Shown in pieces: positions 1 through 10,315 of a DNA stretch of 64,000 nucleotides. The stretch comes from an uncultured delta proteobacterium (GTDB lineage: Bacteria; Myxococcota_A; Polyangia; Fen-1088), in NCBI GenBank assembly GCA_963755125.1, contig CAVWIP010000006.1, forward strand, positions 195,560-259,559. Reading direction: 5' to 3'. The notes beneath the pieces were generated by a model. The model was given only the letters and a program-made list of their open reading frames with translations. It was not told where the DNA came from and searched no databases. Position numbers and translations under genes: made by a program. Position 1 is the stretch's first letter; each line of letters begins with the position of its first letter.

Positions 1-168
1 CTCGATGGCGGCGGTGATCTGCGTCGCCTGTCGCCCGGCATCGTCCTGCGCTGACTCCACCTCGACGGTGAACCCCGCGCGCTTGCCCTGGCGCAGGGCC
101 TCTTCCTTGAGTTGCAACTGGTAGTCGTTTTCGGTGGTGCGGAGGAACAACTTGATACTGCCGACCAT
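1..168 (-). CDS. Sugar-binding (ribose/LacI-type substrate-binding fold) protein, 3' end outside window
   Basis: Manual translation from ATG at 168: MVGSIKLFLRTTENDYQLQLKEEALRQGKRAGFTVEVESAQDDAGRQATQITAAIE, resembling the Peripla_BP N-terminus. Not in the ORF track. Confidence 0.6.
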   Translation of the reverse strand, partial: MVGSIKLFLRTTENDYQLQLKEEALRQGKRAGFTVEVESAQDDAGRQATQITAAIE

Positions 169-239
169 GGCTGCGATTGTCGCACGAATCGGGCGGAATT
201 GCGGCGACAACCGTGGGTTGCCTCGCCCTGCGACGCGCC

Positions 240-1769
240 TCAGCGGTTTGCGCGGAATCCGGCGTATCGGAGGTGGCCGGACTCAAGGACCAGCAGATTC
301 GTCACCGTACTGGGGATTTCGCCGGGATCGTGAGTGACGAAGATCATGCCGGCTCGCAGAGCAAGGGCGGTGGCCTCAATGGCGGCGAGCAGGCGCTCGC
401 GTCCGGGCTGGTCCAGCCCCTGGCAGGGCTCGTCGAGAATCAGCAGCGAGGGACGATGCACGGCGGCCCTGGCCAGCAGGACCAGGCGGCGATGGCAAGC
501 GGCCAGGGTGGCGAAGGGCCGATCGCGCACGCGGTCCAGGCCCAGCCGGTCGAGCCACTCGAAGGCAGCCGCATTCTGGTCATGGCTTGGCTCGCCGTAG
601 ACACCCAGCGAGCTGGCGAAGCCGGACAGCACGGCATCCAGCGAGCTGGCGTCAGGCGGATAGTGCGCCTCCAGTTCGGGCGACACCCAGCCCAGCAGCG
701 CCTTGATGTCCCAGATGCCGCAGCCCGGACCCAGTTGCCGGCCGCCCACGCGAACGTGATTGGCGAAGGCTTGCGGGTTGTCGGCGAGGATCAGGCTGAG
801 CAGCGTCGACTTGCCGCTGCCGTTCGGGCCCACCAGCGCCCAGTGCTCGCCGGGGTTGATGGTGAAGGTCACGCGATCCAGCAGTGTGCCCGCGCCCTGC
901 CTGACCGTGACGTCGCGGAACTCGACGAGAGGAGGACCGTCGGTTGACGTCGCTCGGGCGCGGACAGTGGCCTTGCGCGGTTCGGCCACGGGTTGCTCCC
1001 GGCGCGGGCCGGCGTACACCATCCGGCGCTCCTGCACTTCGATGATGTGGCTGATTCCTGCGGGCAGATCGTCGGCCCGCGCGGCGGCCAGCACGACGCC
1101 CGTTCCGTCGCTGTGCAGGGCATCGAGGATCTGCAAGAGCGCGCCCCGGCTGTGTGCGTCCAGGCTCGCGAATGGCTCGTCGACCAGAAGCAGCCTGGGA
1201 TCCAGCATCAGGGCCCGCGCCAGCAGCAGGCGGTGCAACTCGCCGCTCGACAACGCCACCAGCGGCCGATCCAGCAGTGGCGTCAGCTCGAAGCGGTCCA
1301 CCTCGCGCTGCCATGCGCGCTCGAAACGCTGCGCTCCCTGGCCATCCATCACCGCAAACGGATTGCGTTGCTCGACCTGACTGCGTTCGAGGTGCTCGCG
1401 CACGGAGGCGGTACCTGTGGTGAACGAGCCGTGCCAGCGTAGTTGATGAAACTCGCGCGCCTGGAGCAACTGGCGGTGCTGATTCATGGACGCCATCGCG
1501 ATGCTACCCGGAGGCAGCACGCCGAAGATCGAATCGGCGAAGCGTGGATCGCCCTCCCAAAAGGGATGTCGCAGCCGACCCTCGACCAGGCTCAGCTTCC
1601 CTGCCAGAGCGGCCAGCAACAGTCCCTTGCCGCTGTCAGTTGGGCCGATGATCGCCCATCGCTCGCCCGGACAAAGGCACAAATCGCTGTGCGCAAACAC
1701 CGGCCCATCTGGCCCGCGAAAGGTCGCGTTCTCGAGCACGACATAGCAGGTCGCGGACGGGGCCGGCAT
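240..1769 (-). CDS. ABC ATPase with two nucleotide-binding domains, ModF-like
   Basis: Two Walker A motifs (GPTDSGKG, GPNGSGKS), LSSGE signature, Walker B LLVDEP and LILDEPCQGLD. Confidence 0.85.
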   Translation of the reverse strand: MPAPSATCYVVLENATFRGPDGPVFAHSDLCLCPGERWAIIGPTDSGKGLLLAALAGKLSLVEGRLRHPFWEGDPRFADSIFGVLPPGSIAMASMNQHRQLLQAREFHQLRWHGSFTTGTASVREHLERSQVEQRNPFAVMDGQGAQRFERAWQREVDRFELTPLLDRPLVALSSGELHRLLLARALMLDPRLLLVDEPFASLDAHSRGALLQILDALHSDGTGVVLAAARADDLPAGISHIIEVQERRMVYAGPRREQPVAEPRKATVRARATSTDGPPLVEFRDVTVRQGAGTLLDRVTFTINPGEHWALVGPNGSGKSTLLSLILADNPQAFANHVRVGGRQLGPGCGIWDIKALLGWVSPELEAHYPPDASSLDAVLSGFASSLGVYGEPSHDQNAAAFEWLDRLGLDRVRDRPFATLAACHRRLVLLARAAVHRPSLLILDEPCQGLDQPGRERLLAAIEATALALRAGMIFVTHDPGEIPSTVTNLLVLESGHLRYAGFRANR

Positions 1770-1864
1770 CAGCGTGATTCATGCCACGCCGCTGGTCGAA
1801 AACCAGCGGCCAAGTAGGTCCACGTACGCAAGCGGGACTACGACTCGCCACGCGCCACCGTCTG

Positions 1865-2623
1865 TCAGCGGTGCCCGCCACCGTGGCCACCGCCGAAACC
1901 ACCGTGGCCACCGCCGAAACCACCGTGGCCACCGCCGAAGCCGCCATGGCCACCGCCGAAGCCGCCATGGAATCCGTTGCTGGCGTGATAACCGCCGCCC
2001 GCGCTGCCGTGGAAGCCGCCCCCGGCACCGCCACGGAATCCGCCGGCACCGCCACGGAATCCGCCGGCACCGCCGCGGAATCCGCCTGCAGCGCGATAGC
2101 CAGCCCCGACGTTGCCGCGATAGCCGCCTGCGCCGCCGCGATATCCGCCGCGATATCCGCCCCAACCATACCCGCCCCGGTACAGACCGCGATACCAGCC
2201 GAAGCCTAGAGGACCGCGGACGCCAAAGTAGGGATAAGGCCCCCAGCCCCAAACCCATGGCGCCGCCAGCCACATCCATCCATAGCTGGGGTAGTACACA
2301 TAAGAATACGGATAGGCGTCGGCAGCCGTGCCTTCGTAGGTGTACTGGTTCCCGTAGGGCATCCAGATCCAGCCATACTCACTGGTGTAGACCCACTGGC
2401 CACCTCCCACCGCCTGAGCGGAGCCTACCGGTTGTTGCATCTGCGGCTGCGCCTGGCCCTGAGCCTGGACCGGTGGTGCCGGCGGCTGCAGCGGCGGCGC
2501 AGGCGGCTGCATGTCAGGGGCCAGCGTGGCCGGCTGCACCGACTGCGGCAGAGCCGCATCGGCTCGCGCGACGCCGAACCTGAGAAGCAGGAAACAAAGG
2601 CAGACACTCAACTTGGTCTTCAT
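1865..2623 (-). CDS. Secreted low-complexity protein with Pro/Gln-rich region, Tyr/Trp-rich core and Gly-rich tail
   Basis: Signal peptide, GQWVYTSEYGWIWMP core, 21-bp repeats encoding GGFRGGA and GGGHGGF. Confidence 0.75.
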   Translation of the reverse strand: MKTKLSVCLCFLLLRFGVARADAALPQSVQPATLAPDMQPPAPPLQPPAPPVQAQGQAQPQMQQPVGSAQAVGGGQWVYTSEYGWIWMPYGNQYTYEGTAADAYPYSYVYYPSYGWMWLAAPWVWGWGPYPYFGVRGPLGFGWYRGLYRGGYGWGGYRGGYRGGAGGYRGNVGAGYRAAGGFRGGAGGFRGGAGGFRGGAGGGFHGSAGGGYHASNGFHGGFGGGHGGFGGGHGGFGGGHGGFGGGHGGGHR

Positions 2624-2934
2624 GGCAGCACCTCAGTATTGAAGGACCGTGTGGCCACTTTCGCGAGAGGACATATCCAGCGAGAGGTGTTGCAACCCCC
2701 GTGCCGCGTCGGTGAGGCAGCCCACAGGCTTAGCGGAACGGCAAATGTGGGATTCTGCGCGCCTCGGTGGCAGTGGTTCCGGCTGGCTTTCGTGGCGGGG
2801 CCGGCCCACTGTGAAGGAACTTCACGGCCCTAGCCCGCCTTATCTATCAGCTGCATCCAACCAGAGCTGCGAGGCGGGCTAGAGCGCTGCGTTTGCCCAA
2901 CGCGAGCGCTCGAACAGCGATGGCTGCGATCGCG

Positions 2935-4530
2935 CTAGTTGAGGTTGGGCACCATATCGCGCGTCACGGTAAACGTGCTCTTGAAGGCTACGGGTATGCT
3001 GGCGTTGTTCATCTCCGAGCCCGCCCAGGTATTGAAGAGCACCCATGGCGCCGAGCTGGGGAACAGCGTACTGGGATCGGGGAAGTTGCTGGACTCGTGA
3101 AGCGGGATGGGCATCGTGGACCCGACGACGCCCTTGACCTTGGTGTAGGTGGCGGAATCGCTCGAGTAGTCCGGACCCGAAAGATCGACGACGCTCTTGC
3201 CTGGGAAGAAGGCACTGAAACTTGTTGCGGCTATGCCATTGAGGCCACTGAAAGGCATGAGCCAAATGATATTGTTGAGTCCCTTGGTTGCGGTCAGATA
3301 GTTGTACGTGTAGTTCCACAGCGCAACGTATTGGGCGCCGGTCCCTTTGCTCCACCAGAACCACCCGTTGGGTTGCGCCTCGTGGAAGATCGCCAAGATG
3401 ATGGGCACGTTGGCGGCTTTCATGACCCCGATTTGATAGGAGATGTAGTCGAGCCTGTTGAGGAACGCTGTATTCTCCGCGGTTCCGGCCGTGACCGCGT
3501 TGTCCAGCAAGCCGGCGGGGGGCGTGGACTCGGCGCAGTTGGTACCTGTGTAGCAGTCGTTCAGGTAGGTTGAGCCGGCCACCGGCATGCCCTGGTGGTA
3601 GCGGAACATGGAAATGCCACCTGCGTTCCAGTAGGCAATGGCGCGCGAAATCCCGCTAATCTCGGAGGTGGCGCTGCCACCAGCCGGGTACAGGAAGTCG
3701 CCGCCGAGGATGGCCGGATACTTCAGGCCATTGGTGGCGTACCAACTAATGTCGCCAGCGGGATTGTCCCAACTGGTTTCTTGCTGCCCTGAGATGACGT
3801 GGTTGCCGTACTGGCTGTAAATGAAGCAGAGCAGGTTCTTGGCTTGGGCCGAGGCATTGGGACTGACGGGTAGTACACCGCACGAGCTGGTGGATGGCTG
3901 ACTCGATCCACCGGCACCGCCCGCCCCACCTGTCGTGCTGCTGCCGCCTGTTCCGCCTCCGCTTCCCAGATCCCTGTTGACACCCGCATCAGCCGGTCCG
4001 GTGTCACGACTGCCGCCAGCACCACCCGTAGGGGTCGAACCACCCGTCGGGATCGAACCACCCATCGGAGTCGAGCCACCCATCGGGGTCGAACCGCCCC
4101 TCGGGGTTGCGCCACCGGTCGGGGTCGAGCCACTGGTCAGGGTCGAACCGCCCATCGGGCTCGAACCACCGGCCGACGTCGAACCGCCCCTCGGGGTTGC
4201 GCCACCGGTCGGGGTCGAACCGCTCGTCCGAGTCGCGCCGCCCGTCGGAATTGCACTGCTCGCTGATGTCGTGCCGCCCGCCTGGCTGTTCCCGCCGCCT
4301 CCGGCCGTGCTGCTTTGAGCGCCCGCACTGGAAGCGGGGCTCCCTCCAGTTTCGGCCGTTGCGCCCGCAGTCCCCTGAATCGTGCTGTTTTCACCTGTCA
4401 CGCCGCCACTCGTGGTGGAGCCGCCAGTTCCCTGCGGACTGGCGTCAACGGCGAGCTTCTGTTCGCTATTTCCACAGCCAAAAGATGCAGTGAGGGAGGC
4501 TGCGAGAGCAAAAAAGCAGATCTTGTTCAT
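2935..4530 (-). CDS. Lipoprotein, Gly/Thr linker + glycoside hydrolase family 26 (mannanase-like)
   Basis: AGGAG RBS before MNKICFF, lipobox SFGC, HEAQPNGWFWW GH26 acid/base motif. Confidence 0.8.
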   Translation of the reverse strand: MNKICFFALAASLTASFGCGNSEQKLAVDASPQGTGGSTTSGGVTGENSTIQGTAGATAETGGSPASSAGAQSSTAGGGGNSQAGGTTSASSAIPTGGATRTSGSTPTGGATPRGGSTSAGGSSPMGGSTLTSGSTPTGGATPRGGSTPMGGSTPMGGSIPTGGSTPTGGAGGSRDTGPADAGVNRDLGSGGGTGGSSTTGGAGGAGGSSQPSTSSCGVLPVSPNASAQAKNLLCFIYSQYGNHVISGQQETSWDNPAGDISWYATNGLKYPAILGGDFLYPAGGSATSEISGISRAIAYWNAGGISMFRYHQGMPVAGSTYLNDCYTGTNCAESTPPAGLLDNAVTAGTAENTAFLNRLDYISYQIGVMKAANVPIILAIFHEAQPNGWFWWSKGTGAQYVALWNYTYNYLTATKGLNNIIWLMPFSGLNGIAATSFSAFFPGKSVVDLSGPDYSSDSATYTKVKGVVGSTMPIPLHESSNFPDPSTLFPSSAPWVLFNTWAGSEMNNASIPVAFKSTFTVTRDMVPNLN

Positions 4531-4741
4531 GCGACATCTCCTTGCCATGCCAGCGGTTCGGCGATTTCTCAGGGCGAAACCCTGTCTGTCAGCTAGAAGG
4601 GCGCGACATTCCGGCAACCTTCTATCGATCTGCTCAAATCCAGCCGTTTACGGGATGCCCATCACGCGCGAGGCTACGATGCTGTCACGCGTCTATCTGG
4701 GCCGGCGCCTGGCGGACCCGGGAATTTGCGTTCAATCGAGG

Positions 4742-6754
4742 TCAGTCAGGACTCAAGACGACCCCGTCCTTCTCGCACACGGCTCTCACCAGCTTTCGCT
4801 TCGCCGGATCGAGGTGGGCCGAGGCCTGCTGGGCGTCCTCCGCGTTGTGCATCGCGCACGAGCAAGCTGCGATGATCTGGTAGGCGAGCGGCAGGTCCGG
4901 AGACAGTGCGAGAGCCGAGCGCGCGTTGCCGATGGCAACCGCGTAGTGGTGCCTGAGCCAGGCTTGCTGGGCGTCGTGCACCAGGGCTTCGGGATCACCG
5001 GCCGGGTGCGCCGGGGCTGCGGGAGCGGGCGCAGCCGGCGGCGACTCACGCTCGGCCGGAGCAACGGGCGGCGGCGCAAGCTCGGCCGGAGCGGCGGGCG
5101 TTGGCTCGGGCGGGGTCAGGGTGCGGGGCGTCGGGGATGAGGGTGGGAACTCGGCGGGCGCACGATGGACGATCTCATCGAGCGTGCGGCGAGGCTTGCC
5201 AGGCGCCTTACCTGCGCTTGGCGCTGGCGAATTCTCCGGCGGCTGGACGGGCTTCGCCGCAGGGACGGGCAACGGCGCAGGCACCTCCACCGCAGGCGGG
5301 AACACTGCGGCCGGCGGAGGCGGGGCAGGTTGAGTCGCCGGGGGAAGCGTCATCGCGACCGATGGCGCTTGCGGCAACTCGGGCGCGCGGTTCTTGCGCA
5401 CGACCCACAGCGCGGAGCCTGCCCCGGCCAGGATCACAATCGCGGCCCCGACCAGCAGGCGCCGCCTTCGCCGCGCGCGGAAACCGTCGATGCGCATGGT
5501 ACTCGAGAAGCCATCCAGGTCGAAGGAGTCGAGGTTGGCCAGCTCGTCGTCGCCCGCTGGCTGGTCGTCGCCCGCTGGCTGGTCGTAGTCCGCTGGCTGG
5601 TCATCGCCCGCTGGCTCGTCCTCGGGCAGCACATTCGCGGACGGCGGCGATGAACTGTCTTGTGCAGGTGGGATCGACTGCGAAAGATCGAGGCCCGACT
5701 CCTGAATGCCGGGCAGCCGGTTCGCGTCGCGCAGGAACGCGCGATCGGCCACGCACTCGCGCAGAGCATCGCCGAGTTCGTCGGCGCTGGCGAAGCGTTG
5801 TTCGGGTTTTTTCGCCATGCACCTCAGCACGACGGTGTCGGTGTGCTCGTCGATGCCGGCATCAGGCGCGCGCTGGCTGGGGGGAACGACCGTGCCTGAC
5901 ACATGGCCGTTCAGGATCTCCAGCATCGACTTCCCAACGAACGGGACCACGCCGGTGAGCATCTCGTAGAACACGGCGCCCAGGGCGTAGATGTCGCTGC
6001 GCGCGTCGACCGGTTTTTCCTGAGCCTGTTCGGGAGACAGGTAGTACGGCGTGCCGCAGATCGCTCCCGCTCGCGTGGCCGCGCTAGGGCCCAGGTCGAG
6101 GAACTTTGCCACGCCGAAGTCGAGCAGCTTGACGGCATCGTAGTTTCCCTCGGGCGCGACCTCGAAACGGACACCCTTTTCGTCGGGGGAGCGGCGAACC
6201 ACGCGGCGCCGTCCCTCGCGGCTGATGAGAAAGATGTTCGCAGGCTTGAGGTCGCGGTGAACGATGCCAAGCTCGTGGGCTGCGCCCAGGCCGCGCGCCA
6301 CCTGTCCGACGATGTTGACCGCGTCGAACACGGTGAACCGGCCGATGCGACGGAGACGCTCCTCCAGGTTCTCGCCATCGAGGTATTCCATCACCAGGAA
6401 GACTAGCCCGTCGGCCGTGGTGCCGAAGTCGGTCACGTCGATGATGTTGGGGTGGCGAATGCGACTGGCGGCCTTGGCCTCGGTGAGGAATTGCTCGACA
6501 ACCTCTGTCTGCCTGGCGAACCGGTCGTGCAGTACCTTGATGGCCACCGGCTTCTCGAGCACGACGTGCTGGGCGCGGTACACCACACCCATGCCACCCT
6601 CGCCGATCACGCCCTGGATCTCATGGTCCTTGAGCAACATGCCGACGCGGGCGATGACCTCGGGCGCGAACAGGGGCGTGCGATCCGTGGGACACAGATC
6701 CAGCGTTCCGGCGAAACTGCCGCCACAACGGGGACAAGTGCGGGTGGTGCCCAT
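4742..6754 (-). CDS. Transmembrane Ser/Thr protein kinase
   Basis: GEGGMGVVY, VAIK, HRDLKPAN, DFG, GTPYYLSPE motifs, then TM helix, Pro-rich region and TPR-like C-terminus. Confidence 0.95.
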   Translation of the reverse strand: MGTTRTCPRCGGSFAGTLDLCPTDRTPLFAPEVIARVGMLLKDHEIQGVIGEGGMGVVYRAQHVVLEKPVAIKVLHDRFARQTEVVEQFLTEAKAASRIRHPNIIDVTDFGTTADGLVFLVMEYLDGENLEERLRRIGRFTVFDAVNIVGQVARGLGAAHELGIVHRDLKPANIFLISREGRRRVVRRSPDEKGVRFEVAPEGNYDAVKLLDFGVAKFLDLGPSAATRAGAICGTPYYLSPEQAQEKPVDARSDIYALGAVFYEMLTGVVPFVGKSMLEILNGHVSGTVVPPSQRAPDAGIDEHTDTVVLRCMAKKPEQRFASADELGDALRECVADRAFLRDANRLPGIQESGLDLSQSIPPAQDSSSPPSANVLPEDEPAGDDQPADYDQPAGDDQPAGDDELANLDSFDLDGFSSTMRIDGFRARRRRRLLVGAAIVILAGAGSALWVVRKNRAPELPQAPSVAMTLPPATQPAPPPPAAVFPPAVEVPAPLPVPAAKPVQPPENSPAPSAGKAPGKPRRTLDEIVHRAPAEFPPSSPTPRTLTPPEPTPAAPAELAPPPVAPAERESPPAAPAPAAPAHPAGDPEALVHDAQQAWLRHHYAVAIGNARSALALSPDLPLAYQIIAACSCAMHNAEDAQQASAHLDPAKRKLVRAVCEKDGVVLSPD

Positions 6755-6863
6755 GGCTGGTCATCCCATCTTAGAATGCTTTGCTTTGCATATGTGCGAA
6801 GATACGAAAGAATCCATGGAAGGCTGCCATAGCGTCGCGCCCTTATTGTAATCTCGGAGGAAC

Positions 6864-8009
6864 TTGACTCGATCTTTCGCACTTGCTCCGCCAGCGCTCG
6901 CCGCAACCCTTCTGTTTGCGGCCTGCGTGAACCTCGCGCAGCCACCCTGGGGGCAGACCAGCAGCGCCGGCGGCACGGGTGGAAGCAGTACCGCGGCCGG
7001 GGGTGGTAGCGGCGGGGGAAGCGGGGTCTCGGGCGGCGGCGGTACGTCGGGAGGCGCGACGACGGGTGGGGCGGGTGGTCTGTCAGCGACGGGTGGAACA
7101 ACCACAGTGGTGACGGGCGGGACGGCAGGAAGCGTCGCGCCGGATGCGGGCTCAGTGGGCGGTGCGACCGTGCCCGCGGACGGCGGGACTGACGTGCCGT
7201 ACTCTCCCGACGTCAGCCCTCCCGCGGACACCGGTGGCGCCGGGGGGGGCGGAGGTTCGGGCGGCAGCAGCGCGGGCGGCTCCGGTGGCACGGCGGGACA
7301 GGGCGGCGCTGCGGGCGGCAGCACGCCCGTCGGAGGTTCGGCTGTCCCCGATGCGGCCGTGGCCGGGTCCGGCGGCGGAAGCGGCGGCGCAAGCAGCAGC
7401 GGCGCAACGGGAGGCGGAGGGGCAACGGGTGGAGCGGGCGGTAGCGCCTCGACGGCCACCGGCGGGGCGGCGGTCACGTGTACGCCAGTGCCCAAGAGCA
7501 CAGGTGGCATCTCCTGTCCTGGAGGCTTTTGCACGGTGGCGCCATATAGTGGCTACGATTTCAGCCTTGTCGACCCGACAGGCAAGTCGTCGGTTTGCAT
7601 GTCGCCGAACAGTCTTTGCGGGGCAGGCGTCGTGGGTGCACAGAATCCGCCCAGCTACACAGTTTGGGGAGCTGGCTTCGGCTTCAACCTGTCGCCGCTC
7701 ACCACAGCAACCACGATCGTGCCAGTTCAGCTCACTGGCTCGGGTGTAACTGTCACGTTGAGCAGCCTTCCCACTGGAGGAGCGACTGCTCGCGTGCAAG
7801 TGACCGTGGGCACGGCGCAGTATTGCGCGGTGATGACCAAGGCCACCCAGACCATTCCTTGGACCAGCTTCAACACCGAGTGCTGGGCCTCCGCCAGTGG
7901 CGTGGCGCTCACAGGCCCGCCCAACGCATCGAACATCCAGTTCGAGGCCGCCTCGGGCACGACCGCTGGGGCGTTCGACTTCTGCGTGACAGCCCTGTCG
8001 TTCCAGTAG
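6864..8009 (+). CDS. Lipoprotein, Gly-rich linker + Cys-containing beta-sandwich (CBM-like) domain
   Basis: Lipobox LFAAC, long GGxGG linker, C-terminal domain with WGAGFGFNL, IPWTSFNTECW and FDFCV. Confidence 0.7.
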   Translation: MTRSFALAPPALAATLLFAACVNLAQPPWGQTSSAGGTGGSSTAAGGGSGGGSGVSGGGGTSGGATTGGAGGLSATGGTTTVVTGGTAGSVAPDAGSVGGATVPADGGTDVPYSPDVSPPADTGGAGGGGGSGGSSAGGSGGTAGQGGAAGGSTPVGGSAVPDAAVAGSGGGSGGASSSGATGGGGATGGAGGSASTATGGAAVTCTPVPKSTGGISCPGGFCTVAPYSGYDFSLVDPTGKSSVCMSPNSLCGAGVVGAQNPPSYTVWGAGFGFNLSPLTTATTIVPVQLTGSGVTVTLSSLPTGGATARVQVTVGTAQYCAVMTKATQTIPWTSFNTECWASASGVALTGPPNASNIQFEAASGTTAGAFDFCVTALSFQ

Positions 8010-8084
8010 CCTCGCCCTGCCAACGACCGAAACGGCGGGGTCAGTAGACCCAGGTTTCAATTTTGCTGCGCTAGCGTGGGCGAA

Positions 8085-8330
8085 CTACGGCTTCCCGTTG
8101 TCGGGCCGGCAGCGCTTCCCCTCGGGATAGTCGGGGTGGTAGTGGTGCTTGACCGGACGGGTGACGCACTTCAGGCATTGCCCACGCTCGCCCGCCTCCT
8201 GCGTGCCGGGGAGCTTTTCGCAGTCGGCAACCGTGCGCGACTCATGGCCAGTGGAATGGCTGAACGCGACCGGTGCGGCCAACAGACCTGCGGTCAGCAG
8301 AATGCCGATGCTCAAAGTGATTTTCTTCAT
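8085..8330 (-). CDS. Small secreted Cys/His-rich protein
   Basis: AAAGGAG RBS, signal peptide MKKITLSIG...AFS, four Cys, HHYHPDY. Confidence 0.7.
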   Translation of the reverse strand: MKKITLSIGILLTAGLLAAPVAFSHSTGHESRTVADCEKLPGTQEAGERGQCLKCVTRPVKHHYHPDYPEGKRCRPDNGKP

Positions 8331-8477
8331 GGGCGCTCCTTTCCGGCGACATGATACCAGCCACGGCGCGCTTTGGGCGACGATTCTGTGACGAAACCGT
8401 GGACACGTGCAGCAGGGCGCGAGGTGTTCCCGCAAGTGTCTTGGCCATTGGCAGCCCACGGCAAGACCTCACCGCAG

Positions 8478-10172
8478 TCACGAAATTTGGGCAAGTCTGA
8501 GGACGCTGGTCGCGGTGGCAGAGATCAGCACCACGGCTGCGCACCCGATGACGTTGTACCAGAGGAAGCCGACGTCGGTTCGCAGAAAGACGGCGAGAAC
8601 GAGCGCCTCAGACAGGAGCGCGGCGAGAAACACGGCGGTTCCCTGCACTCGGCGCAGGAAGAACGCCACCGCGAAGATGCCCAGCACGGTGCCGTAAAAG
8701 AGCGAGCCGAGGATATTGACCGCCTGGATCAGGTTGTCGAGCAGCGAGGCAAAGGTGGCGAAGAGCAAGGCCAGGATGCCCCAGCCAGCGGTGAACCAGC
8801 GCGCAGCGCGAACGTAGTGCGCGTCGCTCGCGTTCTTGCGCAGACTGCGTCGGTAAAAATCGATTACGGTGGTCGATGCCAGTGCCGAAAGTTCGCTGGC
8901 CACCGCGGACATGGCTGCGCAGAAGATCACGGCGAGAAGCAAGCCGACAATCCCACGCGGCAGGTTGCGCATGACAAAGGACAGAAAAACGTAGTCTGCG
9001 TCCTTGGTGGTGGCGTGGGGCAGCGCCGTGGCGATGACCTGCTTCATCTCGCCGCGGATGGGTGCGAAGCTCGCCTCGCTCTCACGCACTGCCCCCTCGG
9101 CGACAGCGATGGCTCTCTCGTCGTGCTGGTTCAGGGCGGCGTCCAGTCGCTCGATCTCGGCGCGCTTGTGCGCGAACGCGGCCCGGTGGTCACGCTCGAG
9201 TGCGGCGGCGCGGGCCGCGTGGGGCGTGCGATACACGCGGGCGAGTTCCGGCTGATTGAAGAAGATCGGCGGCAGATTGAATTGGTAGAAAACGAAAACC
9301 ATCACGCCAACCAGCAGCACGAGAAACTGCATAGGGATTTTGAGCAGGCCATTGAAGAGCAGACCCAGCCGGCTCTCCGTGATGGAGCGACCGGCGAGGT
9401 AGCGTTGCACCTGTGACTGGTCGGTCCCGAAGTAGGCCATGGCCAGGAAGAAACCACCCAGGAGACCGGACCAGAGAGTGTAGCGGCGGCTCGCATCGGC
9501 GGAGAAATCCACGATGTTCAACTTGCCCAAGGTGCCCGCGATGTGAAGAGCGTTGCGCAGGGAAACCGAGGCGGGCAAGCGCACCACGATGACGATGAAC
9601 GCGACGACCATCCCGCCCAGCATCACCACCATCTGGTGCTTCTGGGTCTGACTGACGGCACGCGTGCCGCCTGCGACCGTGTACAGAATCACCACGCCAC
9701 CCATGCACAGGCAGGTGAGGCGGAGCGGCCAGCCCAGCACCGAGGACAGGATGATGGCAGGCGCGTAGATGGTGATGCCGGCGGACAGCCCGCGCAGCAG
9801 CAGGAACAAAAATGCCGCCAACTGGCGGGTCTTGAGGTCGAATCGGCTTTCGAGAAACTCGTAGGCGGTATAGACGCGCAAATGGAAGTAGCGCGGAATG
9901 AAGGCGATCGACAGCACGATCATGGCCAAAGGCAGGCCGAAATAGAACTGCACGAAGCGCATGCCGTCCTCGAAGGCCTGGCCGGGTGTCGACAGGAAGG
10001 TTACCGCGCTGGCCTGGGTTGCCATCACCGATAGGCCTATGGTGTGCCATTTTTCTCGATACCCGCCGCGCAGATAGGAGGCCATGTCCTGCCTGCCGCG
10101 CGTCTTGTACACCCCGTACCCGACGATGGCGCCCAGGGTGCCGACGAGAACCAGCCAGTCGAGCGAACTCAT
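8478..10172 (-). CDS. Sodium:solute symporter (SSS family)
   Basis: Multiple TM helices, GLSVMATQASAVTF, TAYEFLESRF and YFGTDQSQVQRYL SSS motifs. Confidence 0.93.
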   Translation of the reverse strand: MSSLDWLVLVGTLGAIVGYGVYKTRGRQDMASYLRGGYREKWHTIGLSVMATQASAVTFLSTPGQAFEDGMRFVQFYFGLPLAMIVLSIAFIPRYFHLRVYTAYEFLESRFDLKTRQLAAFLFLLLRGLSAGITIYAPAIILSSVLGWPLRLTCLCMGGVVILYTVAGGTRAVSQTQKHQMVVMLGGMVVAFIVIVVRLPASVSLRNALHIAGTLGKLNIVDFSADASRRYTLWSGLLGGFFLAMAYFGTDQSQVQRYLAGRSITESRLGLLFNGLLKIPMQFLVLLVGVMVFVFYQFNLPPIFFNQPELARVYRTPHAARAAALERDHRAAFAHKRAEIERLDAALNQHDERAIAVAEGAVRESEASFAPIRGEMKQVIATALPHATTKDADYVFLSFVMRNLPRGIVGLLLAVIFCAAMSAVASELSALASTTVIDFYRRSLRKNASDAHYVRAARWFTAGWGILALLFATFASLLDNLIQAVNILGSLFYGTVLGIFAVAFFLRRVQGTAVFLAALLSEALVLAVFLRTDVGFLWYNVIGCAAVVLISATATSVLRLAQIS

Positions 10173-10315
10173 CGGTATACGAAAGTGAGGGCCGTGAACA
10201 GCAGGATTTCTGCGAGCAGGACGCCGGCCACCACACAGTACAGACCGGTCCAGGTCAGAAACGGCGGCGCGGCCCGAAGCTCGTCGCGCGCCGGAAACTC
10301 GGGCTCACTGGGCAT
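10169..10315 (-). CDS. Small single-TM protein coupled to the symporter
   Basis: MPSEPEFPARDELRAAPPFLTWTGLYCVVAGVLLAEILLFTALTFVYR. Overlaps the upstream stop and has an ATGA overlap with the symporter. Confidence 0.7.
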   Translation of the reverse strand: MPSEPEFPARDELRAAPPFLTWTGLYCVVAGVLLAEILLFTALTFVYR

